A DNA stretch of 64,000 bases, taken from IMG/VR virus record IMGVR_UViG_3300028844_006787; one strand, 5' to 3'. A program made the position numbers and the translations under genes. The notes under the pieces are model-generated. The model was not told the DNA's origin and did no database searches. It saw nothing but the letters and a program-made list of their open reading frames with translations. This document shows positions 57,520 through 64,000 of this stretch, piece by piece. The stretch is from a virus. Lineage: Duplodnaviria > Caudoviricetes. Each line of letters starts with the position of its first letter. The stretch's first letter is position 1.

Positions 57520-59019
57520 TTAGTTTTCATTTAGTATCCAATTTATTGATTTTTTTAGTGAATATTCATCATTAAAGTTGTGAACTTTATATCGAAATAT
57601 GCTACCGATTTCTTTTGGCCAATTTGTTGAAATAGGTTTGCCAATTTCTGTTGACCAAGCAAAATCAATAATTTTTATTTTTCCATCAAGTATCAACAAC
57701 TCAGATGGTTTTATATCGTTGTGACTACAATTATATTGTTTTAAAACATCAATTATGTTTTTAATTTGTTCTTCGTAGTCTTTTGGCATATTTTGCTTTG
57801 TAAGATATTCTCCAGCATAACTCATTGTAACTGATTTCAACCGCTTATCACTTGAAATATATCCCGGAGTAATTCCAGAATCACTTAATTTTTTTAACCA
57901 ATGTTCTTCTCGGTCATACATATCTGGAAACACTTTGGCAAAGCAATATGTATTCGGTTTACAAGTAAATTTTTTGATAACCACATCGTTTTCTATGTCT
58001 ATCTTTACATCAGAAGTTGCATTTATTGATCGTGAGTATTTCATTGTAGCAACCCAATCAATATGAAAACCGACTGAGTCATCGTTTGGTTTAACATAGT
58101 TAAATTTTTTCGAACTCATGTAATCATCCAGTAATTTTCTTAGTTCTTTTTTTCGTGTTGGTAAACCTAACTTTTTAAAAATATTCTTGTATGTTTCAGA
58201 AATTTTAGGTTTATGAATCAAGGCATGATAAATTAAAGTGTATTTGTGTGTATTTGCTCCTGGTATATAAAAATTTTTGCAAGGCACCCGTTTGTTTAAT
58301 AATTCGTTTTCCAAGTTTATTTCATAGTAATCATCTCCAATATGTCTCAAATCAAACCAAACTGCCTTTCCATCTATCAACACACTGTTCAAAATTCTCC
58401 AACCTCCGTCTTCAAGTGATTGTTTTCCCGTAAAAACTGATGTGGCATCTAACGCACACTTTGCCTTATAATAATCCGAAACCATCAAATCTACATCAAG
58501 ATGTTCGTCTATCGTTATATCATCAGGAATACCTTCAAAGTTTCTCATAATAACATACTTGAAATCTTCTAATTTATTCAAGACATCAAAAACTTCTGAT
58601 ATATCTTTGAACTCTCTGCGAATGTAATGTTTTTCATACAAACCAAGCACTTTTAGATTATCTTTCGTTTCTTGTATATTATCCGTTGCGTGAATTTGTG
58701 AGCTCACTTTTTTTCTAAGAAATTTTTTCAAATCAAATAGTTTTGTGTTTACTAACCGGTCTCCCTTTGTAGTTTTTCTATAACCGTAACAACACGGACT
58801 ATTTACAAGGTACAACGTAAAATCAGTTGCACCTCTTTCATCATTAACTTTAAAACCAACATTATAAAATTCAGTTATAGTTTTACACTTATTTTCTAAC
58901 TTTGGTATCTTGATAATATCAGTTAAATTTAATCCGTGTTCATTAATATGAGTTTTCATATTATCCTCGGAAATTGCGTTAGACCAGTCTATTATTAAAT
59001 GTTGCTCTACTAATTCCAT
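57520..59019 (-). CDS. Three-domain fusion: NDK-like, nucleotidyltransferase-like, protein-kinase-like
   Basis: IHATDN..ET; YVIMRNFE..HLDVDLMV; HNDIKPSELL..IKIIDFAW. Confidence 0.7.
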   Translation of the reverse strand: MELVEQHLIIDWSNAISEDNMKTHINEHGLNLTDIIKIPKLENKCKTITEFYNVGFKVNDERGATDFTLYLVNSPCCYGYRKTTKGDRLVNTKLFDLKKFLRKKVSSQIHATDNIQETKDNLKVLGLYEKHYIRREFKDISEVFDVLNKLEDFKYVIMRNFEGIPDDITIDEHLDVDLMVSDYYKAKCALDATSVFTGKQSLEDGGWRILNSVLIDGKAVWFDLRHIGDDYYEINLENELLNKRVPCKNFYIPGANTHKYTLIYHALIHKPKISETYKNIFKKLGLPTRKKELRKLLDDYMSSKKFNYVKPNDDSVGFHIDWVATMKYSRSINATSDVKIDIENDVVIKKFTCKPNTYCFAKVFPDMYDREEHWLKKLSDSGITPGYISSDKRLKSVTMSYAGEYLTKQNMPKDYEEQIKNIIDVLKQYNCSHNDIKPSELLILDGKIKIIDFAWSTEIGKPISTNWPKEIGSIFRYKVHNFNDEYSLKKSINWILNEN

Positions 59020-59050
59020 TACTTTTTATCCCATTTATTGTTTTTAGTTT

Positions 59051-59722
59051 TCATTCTCCAAATTCATAACCGAAATACTCAATGTCTTTTGCATACTTTT
59101 CCGCAACGATTTGTCTTGTTTCATCATCGTAATATTCGGTATAGTGTTTGTGTTTTGTTTTATTTTTATGCGGAAGTTTTTGTTTTGGAATTCCGATTTT
59201 GTCACAGACGATGTCGAAGTCTGCTTGAAGGGTTTCAAATCTTCCGATGAAATCAACTTCTCTGGCCCAATGGAATTGTTCGGTGTCCCAGTGATAATCG
59301 TTCAACCAACCACATTTTTTTTTGTTTATTATCCACTCTTTAAATGTAGAACATCCAGTCAACTCCTTAGTATATGCATTGTATACATCTATAAATAGTT
59401 CCTTTTCCCCCGGGTCCGTGTCCCAAAACTCAATAGATTTTTGGAAAAATAAATAATTACTCAACGAAAGTTCAAATGGATTCCTTGCAAAACAAAAACT
59501 GAAATGGTTATTAACCTTTAAAACTTCTTCAACATCCGAAAGTCGTGCGTGTTCAAAAACTTTAGTTCTAAATTTAGCCGTAGGTTTTTGGTGAATTATC
59601 AAGTTTTCCTTGTCTCCGTGATACCAAGTATCGGCATAATTTTTCAAGCAGTATCGTATGGATGTACTTGCGGTTTTTGGTACAGAAACGAACACAAACT
59701 TATGCTTATGTGAAATAATCAT
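59051..59722 (-). CDS. Sulfotransferase family 2
   Basis: VPKTASTSI, ARNPF..LSNY, GRFETLQADF. Confidence 0.9.
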   Translation of the reverse strand: MIISHKHKFVFVSVPKTASTSIRYCLKNYADTWYHGDKENLIIHQKPTAKFRTKVFEHARLSDVEEVLKVNNHFSFCFARNPFELSLSNYLFFQKSIEFWDTDPGEKELFIDVYNAYTKELTGCSTFKEWIINKKKCGWLNDYHWDTEQFHWAREVDFIGRFETLQADFDIVCDKIGIPKQKLPHKNKTKHKHYTEYYDDETRQIVAEKYAKDIEYFGYEFGE

Positions 59723-59723
59723 T

Positions 59724-60662
59724 TTAATATGTTTTTAATCCAAATGACGTTAAAAAAGATAAAAGTTTAACCACCTTCAATTTAATTGAAAATTCTTCTT
59801 TGGTTACTGACTCTGAAAAAATAAATTTAATGTTTTCTTTTACATAATCACAACATTTTTTGTGGTCTGACCAAGGTCCTGGATTTCGCAAATAATCTAA
59901 ATTTAACATTACATCTGAAATCGATTGCCATGCAACTCTTTTTACAAACCATTCTTGATTTAATCTGTCTGGTTGAATTATGTGTTCTACAACAGAAGCA
60001 GGTGAATATACAATTTTATGGTCAGATTGCATTGCATACACAAGTTCCATTTCTTCTGATCCAAGAAGACCTCCATCTGAACCCTTTCTTCCAAGTTTGA
60101 CAGAAAATCCATTAAACTTTCTAAGTGTTTCTGCATCAAATGCTATATTTGCTCCTGCAAACCACATTCCTTGTCTTTGTTTGTATACAAGTTCCGAATC
60201 ACCAAAGTCTAATACAGACAAATAACCAAGAGCATCTTCGGATAACCATTCAGGACGAGGCGACTCACTCCAGTTTGCAGTTACTTTACCTCCCATGATT
60301 GAAAGATTTTCATGCTTGTCAAAGCATTTAATTGTTTCTTCAACAAACTTTTTACAAACCAAAGCATCATCATCAATGTAATGAATTATTTTCGTGGTAC
60401 ATATGCCCAAGCATTCATTTCTTGCTCCAGATAAACCATCGGTCAATTTATTCATATACTTGAAATTAGGTAATGTTTTTGAGAATGACTTGCATTTCTC
60501 ATATAAATCACCACACGGAGATGGTGTATTATCTAAAATTATTACATTATATAAATCACAAGATACTTCCTGCTCTGCAATTGATTTTAAACATCGCAAC
60601 AAATATTTATAATTATTGTATGTACACACACATAATGTTATTTTTTTCTCACCAACCATCAA
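59724..60662 (-). CDS. Glycosyltransferase family 2
   Basis: VCTYN, GLSGARN, YIDDDA, GANIAF, GF...LGR, EE. Confidence 0.92.
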   Translation of the reverse strand: MMVGEKKITLCVCTYNNYKYLLRCLKSIAEQEVSCDLYNVIILDNTPSPCGDLYEKCKSFSKTLPNFKYMNKLTDGLSGARNECLGICTTKIIHYIDDDALVCKKFVEETIKCFDKHENLSIMGGKVTANWSESPRPEWLSEDALGYLSVLDFGDSELVYKQRQGMWFAGANIAFDAETLRKFNGFSVKLGRKGSDGGLLGSEEMELVYAMQSDHKIVYSPASVVEHIIQPDRLNQEWFVKRVAWQSISDVMLNLDYLRNPGPWSDHKKCCDYVKENIKFIFSESVTKEEFSIKLKVVKLLSFLTSFGLKTY

Positions 60663-60706
60663 AAAACCTCTTTTTATAATAAATATGAGGTTTTGGATTT
60701 ATTTTT

Positions 60707-61105
60707 TCATTTAGTCAATGACTTTTGTGACAAAAAATTATACTCTCGTTTATATAATCGTATGTGCTTTCCATTAACTGAGGTGTATCTTTCTGAAAGT
60801 GCGTAAGTCTTTTTTCCGTTTAAAAACGAATGAGGTGTTGGTAAATCCCATTCACGTCCTTTTTCATAATCTCTCCATTTCCACGGAATCATTTTACGAA
60901 ACCACGGATCATATTCCGTTTCTGATATACAAGTTATTTTTCTAACAACATCTTGATCAAGTTTTACATCCATTGGATCACATACATATGCCCAATGTTC
61001 GTGATTTATAATTGGATGCGTTTGCATCAACTCAACTGTTCCCCAGTGATCCCCCATAGAAAAATTTTCTAATAAAATTTCTGTTGGTGATGTTTGGGTT
61101 ATCAT
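60707..61105 (-). CDS. DPWxR-family paralog 9
   Basis: HPIIN..W, DPWFRKMIPW, RYTSVNGKHIRLY. Confidence 0.8.
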   Translation of the reverse strand: MITQTSPTEILLENFSMGDHWGTVELMQTHPIINHEHWAYVCDPMDVKLDQDVVRKITCISETEYDPWFRKMIPWKWRDYEKGREWDLPTPHSFLNGKKTYALSERYTSVNGKHIRLYKREYNFLSQKSLTK

Positions 61106-61437
61106 TCTAATCTAAATAAACGAACCGATTTTCCTGCTACGGTTGTAAAACGAACCTCAAATGTAATTTCAAGTTTGTCTTCGTATAACCAACTCCAACC
61201 ACCTGTTAATATTTCACCATCTTTATCTTTATATTCCCATGCACGAATTAATCTTGACCACGGATCAATATCATAGTTTTTTGACGCAAATGGTTTTAAC
61301 ATAATTTTATTGTATTTGGATGAATATTCCCAACCTCTATCTGATATAGGATATATTTCAATCAACTTACCCGAATCCCAAAATTCATCGTTATATGATA
61401 TACACAATGGCATACTTTGCAAATAACCGATGGTCAT
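61102..61437 (-). CDS. DPWxR-family paralog 8
   Basis: YPIS..W, DPWSRLIRAW, RFTTVAGKSVRLF. Confidence 0.8.
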   Translation of the reverse strand: MTIGYLQSMPLCISYNDEFWDSGKLIEIYPISDRGWEYSSKYNKIMLKPFASKNYDIDPWSRLIRAWEYKDKDGEILTGGWSWLYEDKLEITFEVRFTTVAGKSVRLFRLE

Positions 61438-61440
61438 CGT

Positions 61441-61728
61441 TTAACTACACAAAAAAATTGGTACTTTTTTACCCTCAACCTTCACCCAACGAAACAGAAC
61501 ATCTTTATACGCATCGTAAGTTAACCAGGATGTTCCAGTTTCCCAACCACGATTCCAAGGATCTGCAATTACATCTTTATTGAATGTAACAATCTGCGAT
61601 TTCATACCAGGATAATAATATTCATCTCCGTAACCAATTACATAATTCGGAGAATATTCCGAATTTTTTATAGGATATTTATTTAACAATTTATTTTTAT
61701 TCCATTCTTCCATTTTTAGCAACTCCAT
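61441..61728 (-). CDS. DPWxR-family paralog 7
   Basis: YPIKN, DPWNR, RWVKVEGKKVPIF. Confidence 0.8.
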   Translation of the reverse strand: MELLKMEEWNKNKLLNKYPIKNSEYSPNYVIGYGDEYYYPGMKSQIVTFNKDVIADPWNRGWETGTSWLTYDAYKDVLFRWVKVEGKKVPIFLCS

Positions 61729-61958
61729 AATCTTACTCGTTTATTGTTTATTGTTGTGTATCCATAAATTAAAATACCTGCTTCGTCTGATATAAATGTT
61801 TTTCTACTTTCTGTAAAATCACGAAACCAAGGATCTAGTGTTATTTCATTTAACTTTACATATGAATTGATAAGTGTACCTGTGAATTTCCATTCCGCAT
61901 TATTGCGAATTGGATATAAGTTCATTAACTCAGATATATCCCAATAATCAACTGTCAT
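61716..61958 (-). CDS. DPWxR-family paralog 6 (minimal, 80 aa)
   Basis: YPIRN..W, DPWFR, YTTINNKRVRLW. Confidence 0.8.
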   Translation of the reverse strand: MTVDYWDISELMNLYPIRNNAEWKFTGTLINSYVKLNEITLDPWFRDFTESRKTFISDEAGILIYGYTTINNKRVRLWSC

Positions 61959-62397
61959 TTTTTTGCTCCTTTGTTTTCATCATGTCGTAATATTCAGTTA
62001 AAGTCAATCCAAAGATTTGGCGTTCAGCACGATGCCAAGGATCTTTCCAATCTGCTTTTCTACGATATAATTTAACCGCAAATCCATTTACCGAGGTTAT
62101 AGTCATGCAATTATCAGAATCCATATCTTTAAGTGGTGGATGTGGCCATCCTGCTTTTCCCCAAAATCTTGGAGTTTCATTGAATTCACTTACATAAGGT
62201 AGCATCGGACGTTTCCAAGGATCCAGTTTCGGTTCGTGTACAAGTGCAATTAAATGACTACGATAGATTACAGGTTCAACCCATCGTTCCCATTCTTCTG
62301 TATTGGTAATTGGAAACGCATCATCACCTACAATCTTAGGATAAATGTCCCAAAATTGCCATTTCTTAATTTCAATAAAATCGTTGTTTGTTACCAT
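61948..62397 (-). CDS. DPWxR-family paralog 5
   Basis: FPITN..W, DPWKRP, ITSVNGFAVKLY, second DPWHR. Confidence 0.8.
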   Translation of the reverse strand: MVTNNDFIEIKKWQFWDIYPKIVGDDAFPITNTEEWERWVEPVIYRSHLIALVHEPKLDPWKRPMLPYVSEFNETPRFWGKAGWPHPPLKDMDSDNCMTITSVNGFAVKLYRRKADWKDPWHRAERQIFGLTLTEYYDMMKTKEQKNDS

Positions 62398-62804
62398 GTT
62401 AATTTAGCAAATATTATACCTTTGTTTTCAATGGTAGTCCAACGAAAATCTATTCCATCGTGTGTATCCAACCATTTGTATGGTCCACATCCGTATTTTC
62501 TTGCAAATGAGGAATCTGCATCAACCGTTACCGCAGGTTTCCATTGTCTTACGGGACGCATCCACGGATCATACTTTAATCCGATTTTTTGCCGTTTTGT
62601 TAATTTACTCTCAGGAGCAAGTGTTCTTATTCTATAAAACGGATTATCAGTATATTCATATAAAGGATTTCGTATCGGATATTCAGTGATAATATAATCC
62701 ATTTCTTCGTTCCATGTATGAAAATGCTCTTGGTTTGTATCGTATATCAACTGACCATAGTTGTTCATACGAAGATTTCCGTTTATTGTAATCGCATTGC
62801 TCAT
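62391..62804 (-). CDS. DPWxR-family paralog 4
   Basis: YPIRN, DPWMRPVRQW, RWTTIENK. Confidence 0.8.
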   Translation of the reverse strand: MSNAITINGNLRMNNYGQLIYDTNQEHFHTWNEEMDYIITEYPIRNPLYEYTDNPFYRIRTLAPESKLTKRQKIGLKYDPWMRPVRQWKPAVTVDADSSFARKYGCGPYKWLDTHDGIDFRWTTIENKGIIFAKLTW

Positions 62805-63184
62805 CTCTCAATAATCATATGCAATTTCACAAATTTTCCTTCTACGGTTACATACCGATAAAAATGTTTTCCTTCGTATGGACTTGAAGCAATTCCCCCG
62901 TGTGTATCGTAAGTAATGCAAGTCCATTCGTGTGGTTCATTAAATTCTTCACCGGGTTGTGCGTATGCGTATCTCCATTCTTTGAAACTACGATTCCAAG
63001 GATCACCAATAACATCATCAAATTTAGGAATATCAGTTCGGTTTGAATAGTTTGTTCGCACATACACATAATAATCATTACCATGTGCAATCCATTGTTT
63101 ATTGATTATTGGATATTTAATTGATATTTCATCTGCATTGCCAGGAACCAGCAAATCTATTTGTAATATTTTTTCAATACTCAT
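62801..63184 (-). CDS. DPWxR-family paralog 3
   Basis: YPIINKQW, DPWNRSFKEW, RYVTVEGKFVKL. Confidence 0.8.
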   Translation of the reverse strand: MSIEKILQIDLLVPGNADEISIKYPIINKQWIAHGNDYYVYVRTNYSNRTDIPKFDDVIGDPWNRSFKEWRYAYAQPGEEFNEPHEWTCITYDTHGGIASSPYEGKHFYRYVTVEGKFVKLHMIIER

Positions 63185-63498
63185 TTAAACAAAGGATGAT
63201 TAGATGATGGATGCATCCACAAAGCAACCGTTTTTCGCATAACCGATGTTAACCGATAATATGATCCTTTGGTTTCGGTATACACCCAATCATTAATTTC
63301 AGTTTGTCCGATGCGATTCCACGAAGTTAGTTTTCGTCCCCACGGATCAGTTTCAATGTGTTCATCCAACTCATAAAAATATTCAAATAAATCTCCATTG
63401 CGTTGCCACCGTTTATTAACAATCGGAAATCTAAATGTCAACTCTTGAAGTGAATACCAATGAACATTAGGATTAATTTCTATTACTTCTTCTGCCAT
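63181..63498 (-). CDS. DPWxR-family paralog 2
   Basis: FPIVNKRW, DPWGRKLTSW, RLTSVMRKTVALW. Confidence 0.8.
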   Translation of the reverse strand: MAEEVIEINPNVHWYSLQELTFRFPIVNKRWQRNGDLFEYFYELDEHIETDPWGRKLTSWNRIGQTEINDWVYTETKGSYYRLTSVMRKTVALWMHPSSNHPLFK

Positions 63499-63800
63499 AA
63501 CTTAATTGCCGTTTGATTAATTGTTGTATAACGAAAATGTGTGTATTTTTTAATAGGAACTGCACCACGAATCCATCCATAATTATTACCATCACCTTGA
63601 TTAAAATTCCAAGGAATAGTATCACGATTCCAGGGATCGCATATTGGTTCTGCAATCTTGGAAACAATCATCGGATAACGATTGCTTGTATTGTCAACTT
63701 CCCACTCAGTATCATTTTTAATAGGAAACTTTTCAAGCAATTTATCGGTTTGCCAAGAGATTCCACCATCAATTAAAACTTTATCTCTTTTATCTCTCAT
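63483..63800 (-). CDS. DPWxR-family paralog 1
   Basis: FPIKN..W, DPWNRDTIPW, RYTTINQTAIKLW. Confidence 0.8.
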   Translation of the reverse strand: MRDKRDKVLIDGGISWQTDKLLEKFPIKNDTEWEVDNTSNRYPMIVSKIAEPICDPWNRDTIPWNFNQGDGNNYGWIRGAVPIKKYTHFRYTTINQTAIKLWQKK

Positions 63801-63809
63801 TCTTTAGTA

Positions 63810-63838
63810 ACATTACCAAAAAAATTATAAAAAGTCAA
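63810..63838 (-). promoter_or_regulatory. Conserved-spacer promoter copy 16 (TTGACT-17-TAATGT), heads nine-gene DPWxR array
   Basis: Member of 16-copy repeat. Confidence 0.85.
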
Positions 63839-63858
63839 CCACAAACTTGATTGAAGTG

Positions 63859-63894
63859 AAAAAAAGTTGTTGATGAAATCAACAAGTTTTTTTT
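63859..63894. terminator. Bidirectional intrinsic terminator
   Basis: TTGTTGAT/ATCAACAA stem flanked by A-run and T-run. Confidence 0.65.
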
Positions 63895-63904
63895 GCGGAA
63901 ATCC

Positions 63905-64000
63905 TTAAATGATAGGATCAGGTTCCCAGGGAAATACAATCCAATCTTTACCGATAATATCTGTATGATAATAATCCGGTATAAAACTACTGCTTCTTCG
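63905..64000 (-). CDS. Partial purine phosphoribosyltransferase (C-terminus)
   Basis: PDYY...WIVFPWE C-terminal motif of Gpt-like PRTases. Confidence 0.7.
   Translation of the reverse strand, partial: RRSSSFIPDYYHTDIIGKDWIVFPWEPDPII

Noticed and set aside
54789-63800. DPWxR array as product of a diversity-generating retroelement or integron
   Set aside because: No reverse transcriptase or integrase in the window, no near-identical template/variable pair, and genes overlap with no room for attC sites.
2407-63838. Repeated 29-49 bp element as a CRISPR array or transposon ends
   Set aside because: Copies are dispersed hundreds to thousands of bases apart, flank genes, match -35/-10 geometry, and no cas or transposase gene is present.
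1-64000. Stop-codon reassignment as seen in some large phages
   Set aside because: Long conserved genes are intact and densely packed under the standard code, with TAA, TGA and TAG all used as stops.
1-64000. tRNA, tmRNA or rRNA genes
   Set aside because: No cloverleaf with T-loop GTTCRA and acceptor stem found by eye in the intergenic gaps; tRNAscan-SE or ARAGORN would be decisive.
1-64000. Eukaryotic giant virus or bacterial chromosome origin
   Set aside because: Sigma70 promoters, intrinsic terminators, translational coupling, DnaE and Tat signals argue against a giant virus; strand bias, small ORFan cassettes and lack of housekeeping operons argue against a chromosome.

Overview
AT-rich (roughly 30% GC by eye), gene-dense window, almost all minus strand. 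It is best read as part of a large (jumbo-type) tailed phage genome; no capsid, terminase or rRNA gene is visible here, so this is inference from gene content and layout. Host clues (DUF1501 plus DUF1549/DUF1553 pair, DUF1080, Aas-like acyl-ACP synthetase, ClpP, a secreted protein with an Opitutales-type Trp-rich C-terminal domain) point to a PVC-superphylum host, probably marine Verrucomicrobiota. Recognisable genes: ATP-dependent DNA ligase, a PHP-less compact DnaE, UV endonuclease UvsE, AAA+/vWA pair, ClpP, type-2 asparaginase, and about 20 glycosyl-, sulfo- and methyl-transferases. Two promoter classes can be read directly: 16 copies of a sigma70-type promoter with a near-invariant spacer (TTGACT-TTTTATAATAATTTTGG-TAnnnT) heading small-ORF cassettes, and an ATATTTAT motif just upstream of glycan enzymes and other putative late genes. 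Most unusual: (1) 12 divergent Trp-rich paralogs (YPI..DPWxR..RxTTVxGK) in two tandem arrays; (2) an array of modular proteins sharing an MKI(T/S)KxxLKxI(I/V)REE leader with [ILV]xE junctions, resembling capsid-targeted, protease-processed cargo; (3) two candidate structured ncRNAs; (4) a large sulfated-glycan modification toolkit.
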